A stretch of DNA of 63,713 nt, the filler included, from Thraustochytrium aureum (Eukaryota): NCBI GenBank assembly GCA_012862495.1. It is 10 parts of 6 records of this genome, joined end to end, with 100 filler letters (N's around TTAATTAATTAA, not from the genome) between each part and the next. Parts side by side here need not be neighbours in the genome. Positions count along the whole stretch, not along the records: positions 1 to 21,910 come from BLSG01000111.1; positions 22,011 to 33,496 come from BLSG01000113.1; 8 more parts are not named here. The stretch is one strand, 5' to 3'. The position numbers and the translations under genes are program-made. Positions within the stretch are counted from its first letter, which is position 1. Every line of letters starts with the position of its first letter. The notes under the pieces were generated by a model that saw only the letters and a list, made by a program, of their open reading frames with translations, was not told the origin of the DNA and ran no database searches. Of the stretch, positions 12,375-23,710 are shown in pieces.

Positions 12375-13202
12375 ATGAGCGGTGCGAGCAACCCGTTCCG
12401 CGCGGCGTTCGAGAACGACGAGGACGCGGCGGACGACACCATGTTCAGCCCCTCGCCGTACCAGCTTGGCAGCGTGTACGGCGAAGATACGATGAGCTTG
12501 CTGGACAATGAGGTCGCGCCCAGCAGCGAGTCGAGGCGGCCGAGGCGGCCTGCGCCAGCTCCGCCAGGCCGCGGCGGCGCGGGGAGCGACCTGCCAAAAT
12601 CGCCCGCAAGCGAGCGAGCGTGCTTGGGGCGCTGCACCGAGCTTGTACTCTGCGCCGAAGAGGCGCGCGCGTACAGCAGGATTGGAGCGGATGTTGCGGA
12701 CCCCCGCGCTGCTCGGCTCGCCCGGTGGGGCTTTGCCGTGCACTGGGTAAGCATGCTGGCCCTTGTAGTCAACGTGGCGCTCTTCACGAGCCTTCTCGCG
12801 GGGCCGCCAGCGACGGCGGGCTTGGACCGCGCCGTGGTGGCCTCGTTCGGGTCGTGGGTAGCTAGTGTACTATGTGCCCTTGCCGGGAGCCTCCTGGGCT
12901 GGCTGCTGTGGGCCCGCCCGCTTCGTGACAACCTAAGGTCCGCGGCGACGCCGTCGTGGCGCTGGTTCTCCGCCGTCTCGGGCACCTTCTTGGCGCTAAC
13001 TGGGTTCCTCCTGGCAGGCATTCCAGGTACTAGTTCGGGCGGCGTAATCATGCTCGTGGAGCTGCGCAACTGGGAGCCGCGCCACGGCCTCGCCATCGCC
13101 CTCAACATCGCTGTCGTCGTTCTGCATTCGGTCGTCTTGGTGACTGGCCTTGTGCTGCTCCGCTGGGTGCGACAGTACGTGAGCTCTACCGAGCTCCCAT
13201 GA
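12375..13202 (+). CDS. SCAMP: Secretory carrier membrane protein (SCAMP)-like
   Basis: N-terminal NPF motif (MSGASNPF), four hydrophobic helices, E-peptide-like WLLWARPLRDNLR and GIPGTSSGGVI. Confidence 0.7.
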   Translation: MSGASNPFRAAFENDEDAADDTMFSPSPYQLGSVYGEDTMSLLDNEVAPSSESRRPRRPAPAPPGRGGAGSDLPKSPASERACLGRCTELVLCAEEARAYSRIGADVADPRAARLARWGFAVHWVSMLALVVNVALFTSLLAGPPATAGLDRAVVASFGSWVASVLCALAGSLLGWLLWARPLRDNLRSAATPSWRWFSAVSGTFLALTGFLLAGIPGTSSGGVIMLVELRNWEPRHGLAIALNIAVVVLHSVVLVTGLVLLRWVRQYVSSTELP

Positions 13203-13653
13203 CGCTGCCGTGCGGGGGCGCACGATTGCGCGAGCGAGCGCACTGTGTAGCGAGAAAAGAGAGGTGAGGCAGAGTCCCCATCGGCGTAAAAAGAAAATGC
13301 AAGGCCGACAAACAACAAGTGCATACGACTGGCGCCACGCCAGGCGGGCCGCGAGGTGGGACGCTCAGCGCCAGCTTGTCTGGAATGAGCAGCTGGGCAG
13401 GTCGGTCTCGCGGCTCACACTCTTTGCTCTGGCCGTGCTGGCGCTCGGTTTCCCCGGGGTGATCCGGCGGTGCTGTTTGTGTCGGCTACCTCGGCGTTGG
13501 CTGCTCGGTCTGTTCGATCAACGCCATCTGGTCGAGGTGTTACTGCGCTACGCTTGAGACACGCAAGCCGCGAGCTCTGAAAGCTGTGCGAACTGGCGCT
13601 GCCAAACCTTGTTAGGTCTGGCAGCACCAACAGGGACGTGTCGTTGCGTTAGC

Positions 13654-13747
13654 CGGAGTGCGACACGTCAGCCGCTTGCATGTCTGGTTTTTTTTCGGCG
13701 CGACGGAGTGCGTCACGTCAGCTGGCTGCATGTCTGTGGTTTTTTTT
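13654..13747 (+). repeat. Two-copy ~50-bp tandem repeat, each copy ending in a T8 tract
   Basis: CGGAGTGCGACACGTCAGCCGCTTGCATGTCTGGTTTTTTTT (13654-13695) versus CGGAGTGCGTCACGTCAGCTGGCTGCATGTCTGTGGTTTTTTTT (13704-13747). Confidence 0.8.
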
Positions 13748-13925
13748 AATTAAAAGCTTTGCGAACTGCCGCGGCGCGACCCGCCTTTCTTGCGCGAGCA
13801 AAGTTGGTGGTAGAGTAGCACGGTCCGCTGTCGGAGCAGGTGCTCGAGGGACGCAAGAATGGCGTCGCCATGCTCCTCCAAGGCGTCGCTGACATGAAAG
13901 AGCCTGCGGGACCTGCATCTCTTCT

Positions 13926-14463
13926 GTGCTGAAGAGCCCCCAGAGACTGATTAAGATGGCGCAGTGTCTGACGGATCATGCCCTTGCAATGGTAACACGA
14001 AAGGCCCGTGACAAACTTGTTGACCCTCGGATCGAAATAAGTAGTTGCACCAAGCAACCTCTTCGTGGAGCAGCCGGAGGTTACCAGCTGAAGCCTGCGT
14101 GCCCCATCCACCGGTGGCCTTGATCACGAAGTGTATTCTAAAGATACTCCACGTTGTTACCGGGTTAGCTACATGAAAGACTAAGAGTTCAACTGCCTCC
14201 GTATCCGTAGCAGCTAGTGACGGGACATCTCTGCCGCGGCGGAGGCCGCGTGCTGAAGAGCCCCCAGAGACTGACAACCAAAAGTCTGAAGATGGCGCAG
14301 TGTCTGACGGATCATGCCCTTGCGATGGTAACACGAAACGTCCGTGACAAACTTGTTGACCCTTGGATCGAAATAGTTGCACCAAGCAACCTCTTCGTGG
14401 AGCAGCCGGCGGTTACCAGCTGAAGCCTGCGTGCCCCATCCACCGGTGGCCTCGACCACGAAG
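13926..14463 (+). repeat. ~205-bp direct duplication (copy 1 13926-14131, copy 2 14250-14463)
   Basis: GTGCTGAAGAGCCCCCAGAGACTGA...CCACCGGTGGCCTYGAYCACGAAG occurs twice, with a few substitutions and two small indels. Confidence 0.92.
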
Positions 14464-14779
14464 GGCAGGAAGGTCTTGCCGGAAAGCGACACGTTACCGC
14501 TGCACGTTAATTGCTCGTCAATCAACGAAGGGGTCTGTCTACTGTACAGAGGGAGCAGACCACCATCAGACCAGAGCGCGCGCCCCACCCCGCCACAGCG
14601 CTTGCAGCGGCTCGGCGTCTTGCCAGAGCGGACGGTCGAGTGCAGCGGCTCGGCATCTTCGCCGACGTGGGCCTCGCCGCGTTGGTCGGCGCGACAAGAG
14701 CACCAGGAATTGCGCGCAGGGACGCCGGCGTCACACCCCGCGTTGGTTGCGGACCTCTCTGCGGACCTCTCCGCGGAAC

Positions 14780-16153
14780 ATGGAGACGTATGCGGTACTG
14801 GCGCTGGCGCACTCGCGCGCAGAGAGGCTGGCAAAGGTGGTCACGCTGGTCACGCTGCTGACGCTGGTGCTTGGCGTCGTGATTTTGGCGATCGAGCTGA
14901 CGAGCAAGGGGACGAGCAAGTCTGTGCTTGCCTGGATGGTGGCCTCGGTGTTCGTGATAGGAGCTGTACCAATCTCCTCGCTGGACATTCAAAACCACCT
15001 GCTCAACTTTGAGGTTCCGGAGCTGCAAAAGTACATCGTGCGCGTGTTGTTCATGGTTCCCGTCTACTCGGTCACGTGCTGGATGTGCCTTGGCAACGAA
15101 AACCTCTACATCGTGATGGAGAGCATGCGGTCTCTGTACGAGGCGTTTGTGATTTGGAGCTTCACCTACTTTCTGATGGCCTACCTCGGGCCCGACCAGG
15201 AGACGATCGTGCTGCTGCTGGCCGCCAAGCCGCAGGCGCACCACATTTTCCCGGTCAACTATATGCTGAGGCCCTGGCGCATGGGGTACGAGTTCCTCAA
15301 CCTCTGCAAGGCCGGCACGCTCCAGTACGTGGTGTGGAAGATCGCCAACGTGTTTATCGTGCTCGTGGCGCAGCTGTTGGGCGTGTATGGCGACGGGGAG
15401 TGGGTGCTCGACCGCGTCTACCTCTACGTGGTGGGGATCACCAATTGCTCGCAGATGCTGGCTATCTACTGTCTGGTCCTCTTCTACAAGGCCACGGCCG
15501 CCGACCTCGCACCAATCAAGCCGCTTGCAAAGTTCCTCTGCATCAAAGCGGTCGTGTTCTTCTCCTTCTGGCAAGGTTGCCTCGTTAGCGCGCTCGTCTA
15601 CTTTGGCGTCATCAAGGACTCCGACGGCTACTTTACCGCCGACGTGTACGCCAAGTCGCTGCAGGACTTTGTCATCTGCATCGAGATGCTCTTCTTCGCG
15701 ATCGCCCATCACTACGTGTTCAGCTACCGCGACTTTAAGAGCTACGGCTCGGACTCTGGCGTCTTCGCCACGGTCGACACCGTCTCCTCCTCCGGGAGCA
15801 GCTTCGCAAGCAACGGGCGCCGCCCGCTCGTGCAGGCCCTCTTGGAGGCTGCCAACCCGCGCGACCTCGTGCACGACATCCGCCACAACGTGCGCCGCTT
15901 TCGCAACTCTGGTAGCGGCTCCTTCAGCTCCGTCTACGACAACAACGACGACCACGAGCACTCCCCGCGCCCAGGCGACCCGGACTACATCATCTCGCTC
16001 GCCGCGCAGGCCTCAGACGCCGCGCTCGACCCCAAGCGCGCCCTCGAAGACGACCTTTCCAGCGACGACGAAGGCGCAGGCGGCGAGCGCCGTGGCGCAC
16101 AGAGCGCTTACGCCCTCCACAGCGCCCACGAGGCCGCCTTTCTCAACGAGTGA
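14780..16153 (+). CDS. TMEM184: TMEM184 / organic solute transporter Ost-alpha family protein
   Basis: LQKYIVRVLFMVPVYS, RSLYEAFVIWSF, KFLCIKAVVFFSFWQG and LQDFVICIEMLFFAIAHHYVFSY are family hallmarks. ATG (METYAVL) at 14780. Confidence 0.92.
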   Translation: METYAVLALAHSRAERLAKVVTLVTLLTLVLGVVILAIELTSKGTSKSVLAWMVASVFVIGAVPISSLDIQNHLLNFEVPELQKYIVRVLFMVPVYSVTCWMCLGNENLYIVMESMRSLYEAFVIWSFTYFLMAYLGPDQETIVLLLAAKPQAHHIFPVNYMLRPWRMGYEFLNLCKAGTLQYVVWKIANVFIVLVAQLLGVYGDGEWVLDRVYLYVVGITNCSQMLAIYCLVLFYKATAADLAPIKPLAKFLCIKAVVFFSFWQGCLVSALVYFGVIKDSDGYFTADVYAKSLQDFVICIEMLFFAIAHHYVFSYRDFKSYGSDSGVFATVDTVSSSGSSFASNGRRPLVQALLEAANPRDLVHDIRHNVRRFRNSGSGSFSSVYDNNDDHEHSPRPGDPDYIISLAAQASDAALDPKRALEDDLSSDDEGAGGERRGAQSAYALHSAHEAAFLNE

Positions 16154-16426
16154 CCGCCACTGGGCCCATCCGTGCACGATCGAGGCCGTCATCGCCTCGA
16201 AGATGCACATCGCAATAGATCCGGTGGATCCGGTGCGCGGCCTCCTCGAACAGGGTCGGATTCGGCGTGTGGTCACGGGCCCGGAGCAGTAGCCGCTGCC
16301 GGAAAGAGGCTTTGCAGTGGCGCGGCAGTGGCGCCGGCGACCTAGCCCGGCCTGCGAGTCCCGCGGTCTATCTCCGCCCTCCCAAGCGCTGCTCGGGACA
16401 TCGAGCGAGATTTCTGCATCTGCGGG

Positions 16427-19400
16427 ATGGGGGCGGCGGCAAGCACCAACTCGACGGCCACAGGGAGCGCGCCAGGCGCCGCCGCCTTCGACGCGCGCGC
16501 TGTGGAAAGGATAGCAGAGGGATGGCGCATGTTGAAGTCGAGGAGCGCGTCGTCTATATCGGTGTTTGCTGACAAGCGGCATGCAGGATTGCGCAGAGGG
16601 AGCGAGGCGGGCTCGTCCCTTGGCGACGGGCGGGACGAGGCGGAGCTCAAGCCCGCCATTTCCTTCGCTGCCCGCGAAGGCCCTGCATCCCCGAGCGTGG
16701 AAGAGTGCGCGTCTGATGACCACAGACGCGCGGACGGTCCGGAGGTCCAAGATGGTCCGGAGGTCCAAGGCGGCGACGGCGAACNNNNNNNNNNNNNNNN
16801 NNNNNNNNNNNNNNNNNNNNNNNNNNNNNNNNNNNNNNNNNNNNNNNNNNNNNNNNNNNNNNNNNNNNNNNNNNNNNNNNNNNNNNNNNNNNNNNNNNNN
16901 NNNNNNNNNNNNNNNNNNNNNNNNNNNNNNNNNNNNNNNNNNNNNNNNNNNNNNNNNNNNNNNNNNNNNNNNNNNNNNNNNNNNNNNNNNNNNNNNNNNN
17001 NNNNNNNNNNNNNNNNNNNNNNNNNNNNNNNNNNNNNNNNNNNNNNNNNNNNNNNNNNNNNNNNNNNNNNNNNNNNNNNNNNNNNNNNNNNNNNNNNNNN
17101 NNNNNNNNNNNNNNNNNNNNNNNNNNNNNNNNNNNNNNNNNNNNNNNNNNNNNNNNNNNNNNNNNNNNNNNNNNNNNNNNNNNNNNNNNNNNNNNNNNNN
17201 NNNNNNNNNNNNNNNNNNNNNNNNNNNNNNNNNNNNNNNNNNNNNNNNNNNNNNNNNNNNNNNNNNNNNNNNNNNNNNNNNNNNNNNNNNNNNNNNCGGC
17301 TGGAGCATCATCGCGGACGGGCTGTCACCCCAAACCTGCAACAGGGGGACGCACGAGGCGCTGCCGGACCAAGTCCCCGGACCGGGCGACAGACAACCGA
17401 ACGGGCGCGCGAGCTCGTCCGAAAAGTGCTTCGAGCTCGCACTTGCGTACGGATGTGGGGATACCACTTTGGACCGTGCGCTCGAGGACCTCATAGCGAG
17501 CTCGAGCTTTGATCCGCAAGCCGGGGACGAAAGCGGCAGCACCCTCCTCGTCCGAGCAACAGAGCTCGGAAAGCAAGGTCTGGTGGAGACACTGTTGAAG
17601 CATGGGTCTCCGCTGAACACGAAAAACGACTTTGGCTTCGCGGCGCTGCACTATGCCTGCTACTCCACGAGCGCCTCGTTCCAAACGGCAAAGCTTCTTC
17701 TCGAGTACGGCGCGTTCCCGGACACGCCGGACAACAGTAGCTGCACGGCTATGCACTACGCTGCAGCAGAGGGCCGTGTCGCGCTCGTTGCTCTGCTTTT
17801 GTACCACAAAGCGCGCGTCGACCTTTTTGACTGCAACGGCTGCACGCCGCTCGACTACGCGCAAGAGAACGGCTGCGCTGCTTGCATCGAGCTCATCAAA
17901 GCTACGGCGGAGGCGGCCTGCGAATGGAAAGAGTGCCTGGACCCGGAGACCAACTACGTATACTACTACAATATCGTGACGGGCGAGACGAGCTGGGACC
18001 GGCCGGCGTCCTTCTCCTCTTCGAGGACGGCAGAGCAAGGCAAGGCCCTCACGCGCAAGGAGCTACAAGCACTCATTCAGAAGGCAATGAAAGCGTCGTC
18101 GCAAGACTATGACGCGCAGGCGCTCGCCGCCGGCGAGCGGGACGCTGCGCGACTCTCTGGCCCTGTCGATGTGCTCGAGCTCGCAGAGGCCTTGTTCGCT
18201 GGCGAGGCCGTCAGTCCGGGGCTCGATCAACGTTCAAGTGCTGAGGACCCCGAACTGAGCCGCTTGCCAGGCCAAAGCGAGCGAGCGGATGCCACAATGG
18301 ACGACAACGGCGACATGGGTGAGGAAATGGCAAGGCTTATGAAGGAACTCGTCAAAGAGAACGAGGAACTTAAAAAGCGCGTCGAGCGCGAGCGGCGCCA
18401 GCGCAAGCGCAAGCATGGCGCCGGCGCGACGCGGCAGCGCCGAACCGGTCGCGTCAAGACCGTCGCGCTCGTACGTGGCAACGCTGGTCGTCTCGCGCGA
18501 GGTCAAGACGAGCACTCTATTCAGGTCCGCGACGAGCCCGCGGCGGGCGGCCAGCCCGCTACGTTGAGGACGTGGCGCGTCTTTGACGTCGTAGTAGCGC
18601 CAGGCCCGGCGGGCTGCTCGCCAAAACTCAAGCAAGCCTACGCGCACCTTGAGCGCCTATTTGCGCATCCTGGGCCAGGCAGAGAGTGCGAGAACGGGTG
18701 TCTCGTACTTTGTGGGGTTTCGCGAGCGGGCAAGACGCACGCTTTGGTCGGAGCAGAGAACGACCGCGGCATTTTGTGGTACGCGGCTTCTGACCTCTTT
18801 GCTTCAGGGTCGATTGACGTTTGCGTCACCGTCCGCCAGCTCGAGTTCGGGCCCACTGGCGTCCTTGACTTGCACGGAGGCTTAGCGCAAGTGGACACTT
18901 GCGGCGGCGTTGGCGCGGTCCAGGGTACGGTGCGCGACGCGCTGAGCGTCGAAGAGCTTTGCGCTATCACTGCAAAGGGGCTGGAGCAACACGAGCTCTT
19001 CTCCCCGCACAGGAACGAACAGACTGGCTCGTCTGCGCACGTTGTCACGATTTGGACAGTGCGAACCGCGCCCGGAAGNNNNNNNNNNNNNNNNNNNNNN
19101 NNNNNNNNNNNNNNNNNNNNNNNNNNNNNNNNNNNNNNNNNNNNNNNNNNNNNNNNNNNNNNNNNNNNNNNNNNNNNNNNNNNNNNNNNNNNNNNNNNNN
19201 NNNNNNNNNNNNNNNNNNNNNNNNNNNNNNNNNNNNNNNNNNNNNNNNNNNNNNNNNNNNNNNNNNNNNNNNNNNNNNNNNNNNNNNNNNNNNNNNNNNN
19301 NTTCGTGAACTGGGCGCGGCCATAAAAGGGCTGGGAAGGAAGCGGGACGGTGTCGACAGCTGTGCTGGTGCGCTCATGTCGTTTGTGGGACCAGTTCTCT

Positions 19401-19561
19401 CAATGCAGCGCTGTTCGGCGTACGTGCTGGTTGCGTTGTGCGACCAGGGTCCGGGTCCCGGGCGGGAGGAGGAGCGAGCGCTCCATTTTGCGGAGCGATG
19501 CCGAAGCAAGCACGGCGCCTTTGCTGGTAGCGCGCTCGAGCACGCAGGCGAGCGTGCGTAG
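16427..19561 (+). CDS. Ankyrin-repeat, WW-domain and coiled-coil protein with divergent C-terminal kinesin motor-like domain (two gaps)
   Basis: Start MGAAAS; ANK repeats (GSTLLVRA, GFAALHYAC, SCTAMHYAA, GCTPLDYA); WW EWKECLDPETNYVYYYNIVTGETSWDRP; kinesin-like GRVKTVALVR, NGCLVLCGVSRAGKTHAL, GILWYAASDLF, NEQTGSSAHVV and ALHFAERCR. Confidence 0.75.
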
Positions 19562-19697
19562 ACGAGCGCGAAGCAAGTGGACGTCAGCGCGCGGGGAGCG
19601 CGCTGCGGGTCATTCGATAACTTTTGAATCAAAGAAAAGTTGTGTAATTGCGTTCCAGGAGGCGAACGAGAAACCAACCGGCAGCGAGTGTCGTTAC

Positions 19698-21685
19698 TTA
19701 GCTGGACGGCGCGGGTTTTCCCGCAAGGAGGTCGACGAGGCGCGGGCCCGGTACCTCAGTGGCAGAGAGCATGGCGAGCGTCTCCTCAGCGCGCAAGCCT
19801 TCGCCGACCGCCTGGAGCGCTCCAAGCCGCGGCGGCAGACTGGCCATGACAGGCCCGAATTCGCCGGGCGGCAGGCCAACCGCCTGGAAGGCGTCCGGAG
19901 CGCCTGCAAGGTAGTCGCTGTGGCGCGCCGCAGCGCGAAACAAGCGCGAGGCTTGCTCGATGCCGACAGACTCCTCCAGCGCGGCCCGGCTCGGCGGGGC
20001 AGGGAGCCGCGGGACCGGGAGGAACGCGTCTTGCATGCTACTCTCCGCCGTTGCCCGAAGGTCGTCAGGATCGAGCTGGACGCGCATTGCGCCACCGAGG
20101 ACGGGGTGGTTTCTCTCCGCCCCGAGCCGAGCGCGAAGGAAGGTGCTTGGCGGAGCACGCGTGTTGCACACGCCCCATGCGGCGGAAGGGCGCCCCTCGC
20201 TGCCCGCCTCGCTGCTGCCTTCCTTTCGGCGTCCAGAGGCGGGCAGCTTTTTGCCGGAGGGCGACTCCGAGCTGGCCGCCGGCGCCTCAGACTTGCCGCC
20301 GATCGACTTGGTGGTGCCAAAAACGACATCCGGCTCGTTGTCCAAAAAGTCGTTCCAGGCGGCGGACAAGGCTCCGTCATGGATGGCAACGCGGAAAATC
20401 CGGGTTGGCAGACCTTCGAAAAACCTCGACCCCATCGGAGGCTCCAGGGGGAGCAGGCCGACGCGTGTTCGACACGAGTCGTCCCAGCGGATCAAGTTTC
20501 CAGCGAGGAGGCCGGTCGCCGCGAGCTGCGAGAAGCGTGGCGTGAACGCTTCAAAGTTGCGCCTCACAACCTTGTTGTCTCCCACATCGGTTCGCAGACG
20601 CACCAGGGTCATCCCAAACCCGTCTTTGGAGGCGTGCCGAGTGCGCTTGCCTGGTTGCCGCCCACCCTCAGAGCTGCCCGCAGCGATGGCCGACATCGCG
20701 TTCGAAGCGGCGCGGCGCTGCTCGGGCGCCTTCCCTTTGGACGTTGAGGTGGAGCTAGCGCCTCGCTTGGGCTTTCTCGGCTCGCTTTTCACTGCGGCCG
20801 CCTCGGCTTCCTCGGCCGACATGCCGTGTACGTTTTGCAGGTGCGCGACAGCGCGCCACTTCATCACAAAGGCGCGCTCGCACGAGGGCGCCGGGCAGAA
20901 ATACGAGGCGTGCGCCGGGGGGGCGGTATCGAACTTGTCGACGTGGCCACCGCCGTTGCTGCTGAAGTTGATGCAGAAGTTGCCGCGCCACTTCGCCCTT
21001 CGAGCTTGGCGAGGTAAGCTTTGTGCTCGTCGACTGTGAGCTTTCTGGAAATGCAAGACCGCACGCTGGCGCCCCACCGGTGCGCGGACGATACTTTACT
21101 CCTCGGGACGGTCCAGCCGCAGCCCTCGCACGCCTTCATGCGCTTTCGTCTCCCAGGTTTTTGAACGGGGACCACGCGCTCTTTCTTGCCCCGCTTGGGC
21201 GCGCTGCGCCGGCTCGATTGGCTCCTTGCGTCATCGTTGCGGGCGCTCTCGCTAAGCCGCGCGCCGCGCTGCGCTGCCTTGCTCGAAGGTTCGCCCGGGT
21301 TGTCTCCGCCCCTTCTTGTTAGGCTCGCGGAGGCCGACGAGGTCTTCCTGACCTTGGAAGGCGGCAGAAAATCGTCATCACCGTCGTCGTCATCATCCTG
21401 CTCCTCCACGTCCTCGTCTTCGTCCTCCTCGTCTTCGTCCTCCTCTTCCTCCTCTTCTTCATCGTCGTCGTCCTTGTCGCCAAAGTCCTCGTCGGCGTTT
21501 CGGTCGTCGTCTTCGTCGTCGGGATCGTCTTCGCCGTCATCGCCACCGTTTTTGACGTTCGCTGAAGGTCCCGTCCGTTTGGCTCTTCGTACCAGCGGGC
21601 GGTCTTGCTGGCCCTCGTGGCTCGCCTCGGCGGCGCGTTCACCGTCTCCGTTGCTCTCGTTCTCCTCGCCCACGTTGACCCTCAT
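19698..21685 (-). CDS. C2H2 zinc-finger protein with acidic N-terminal region (frameshift ~20997)
   Basis: YFCPAPSCERAFVMKWRAVAHLQNVH is a C2H2 finger. Upstream are KACEGCG...AH, a D/E-rich tract and a basic NLS-like segment in an adjacent frame, joined at GAA GG[G] GCG AAG. Confidence 0.6.
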
Positions 21686-21954
21686 CTCGCGTTGTTTTTG
21701 TTTTTGTTTTCGTTGTTTTTTCCTGTTCGCCCGACGGACCGCGCGAATCCCTTCGCCGCCGACGCCGGCAGGGCGCCGGGGCCGCGCCAGCGCCACACTG
21801 GCCGAGCCCGCACGAGCGCCGAGGGCCGCCGTACCCGCGCACGCAGCCACGCACGCACGCACGCACGTGCTGCGCGCTGCCGCGGTCGTTGAGGTCTGCG
21901 GCTCCAAAATNNNNNNNNNNNNNNNNNNNNNNNNNNNNNNNNNNNNNNNNNNNN

Positions 21955-21966
21955 TTAATTAATTAA
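21955..21966. other. Artificial scaffold linker TTAATTAATTAA (also at 33541, 46212, 47829, 51652, 56096, 57375, 61302, 62560)
   Basis: Identical 12-mer with stops in all six frames, each time flanked by 44 Ns on both sides. Confidence 0.97.
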
Positions 21967-22038
21967 NNNNNNNNNNNNNNNNNNNNNNNNNNNNNNNNNN
22001 NNNNNNNNNNGTAGGTAGAGTAGGTCTTCGTTGTTTAC

Positions 22039-22263
22039 TTACACAAAGTCGAGCTTGTGGTGGTCTTCCCAGCCGAGGTCCTTGACGCGCGTGCTGAGAT
22101 CGAGGCCGCCGTGGCCGTTGTCGATGAGCTGGCGGGCGGGGTGCTCGACGAAGATTGGGTCGATCTGGGCGAGCGCCCCACGAACTTGCGCGATTGTCAT
22201 GTCCTCGTTCACCTCAACCTTGAATGTGCGGTCCTCGGGGACTGAGTGCACAGTGAGTTTCAT
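22039..22263 (-). CDS. Small ubiquitin-like (beta-grasp) protein, 74 aa
   Basis: MKLTVHSVPEDRTFKVEVNEDMTIAQVRGALAQ...QLI...LDLSTRVKDLGWEDHHKLDFV follows the ubiquitin pattern (MQIFVK..KTITLEV..SDTIENVK..QRLI..LEDGRTLSDYNI..TLHLV). Confidence 0.7.
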   Translation of the reverse strand: MKLTVHSVPEDRTFKVEVNEDMTIAQVRGALAQIDPIFVEHPARQLIDNGHGGLDLSTRVKDLGWEDHHKLDFV

Positions 22264-23710
22264 CGTCCTTACCAAGTACTGTAGGGTACCTTAGAGTACT
22301 CGGTTGAGTCCTGTTCCCTGTTGAGCAGAGCCGCCGTCCTCCACGATTCGTCGCCCGCGTCTCGCTGTGGTATTTGTGCAGGATCTGGCTTGCTTGGCCG
22401 TTCCACAGATTTGGCCGCCAAGTTTGATTTGGGGTTTGGCCTCAACACGCGCGCCGCACCGCCGTTGCAGGCGGGCTCTTAGGCATCGCACTGCGCTTCC
22501 TTGCACCGGCGAGCCTGCACCAGAAACATTCTTCCACCAAAACCGAACGAGCAGACCGTTCTTGTTCTCTGCCGCCAGATCAGGACGCTGTTCGCCGCGC
22601 GTCCAAGTCTCCACAGCTGTGGAGTTCGAGCGTGCCCGATCACCGAGGCAAGCCGCTTCGCAGCGAACGCTGCGATTCCCCGCCCCGAGCCGACAGAGTG
22701 GGACCCGATTCGACCCCGAACTGCGAAGACGAGCGGCAACAACGTTGACCTCGGAGCAATCCACGGCGATCCATCGCGCTGCCAGCGGAGACTCAAACCA
22801 ATAGCCTAGAGCAGAGGAGCTGAGTAGAGGCAGACAGGCAGACGGCCTGAGTGACGTGACATCCTGCGCGCGACGGACGCCGCGTGGCGGCCACAACAGC
22901 ATCGAGCTTGCCATGATCGATCGCTCTCGCGCGTTCCTCCGAACACAACCCCGAGAATTCAGAACAGAACACACCCCAAGGCTCCCTCTGTTCATGAACA
23001 AAACGAACCCAGCCCGCTATTCCCCACATGGAGACGATCCCAGGAGAATAATCGATTACAATCGGTCCGTAATCGGGTGAGGGGAGCCGCTTGCGCGCGG
23101 CCAGGGCAGACCCGCTGCGAGCGCGGCCGCCGATCGATCGAAAGGCCGATTGACTGCCCCGTGCGCAGGGCGCAGAGCGGCAGAGCGGCAGTCTCGCGAC
23201 GTGTTCGTGCCTGCGGCGGCGGCTGGACGGACCGGCCTGGCGCCCCAGCGGCTGGCCAGCCCGTGATCCCGGCGCTCGCTCGCTCGCGTCCCTCGGTGGG
23301 NNNNNNNNNNNNNNNNNNNNNNNNNNNNNNNNNNNNNNNNNNNNNNNNNNNNNNNNNNNNNNNNNNNNNNNNNNNNNNNNNNNNNNNNNNNNNNNNNNNN
23401 NNNNNNNNNNNNNNNNNNNNNNNNNNNNNNNNNNNNNNNNNNNNNNNNNNNNNNNNNNNNNNNNNNNNNNNNNNNNNNNNNNNNNNNNNNNNNNNNNNNN
23501 NNNNNNNNNNNNNNNNNNNNNNNNNNNNNNNNNNNNNNNNNNNNNNNNNNNNNNNNNNNNNNNNNNNNNNNNNNNNNNNNNNNNNNNNNNNNNNNNNNNN
23601 NNNNNNNNNNNNNNNNNNNNNNNNNNNNNNNNNNNNNNNNNNNNNNNNNNNNNNNNNNNNNNNNNNNNNNNNNNNNNNNNNNNNNNNNNNNNNNNNNNNN
23701 NNNNNNNNNN

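Noticed and set aside
13926..14463. Duplicated segment as a DGR TR/VR pair
   Set aside because: The differences are not adenine-specific (C/T, G/C changes and indels) and no reverse transcriptase is nearby.
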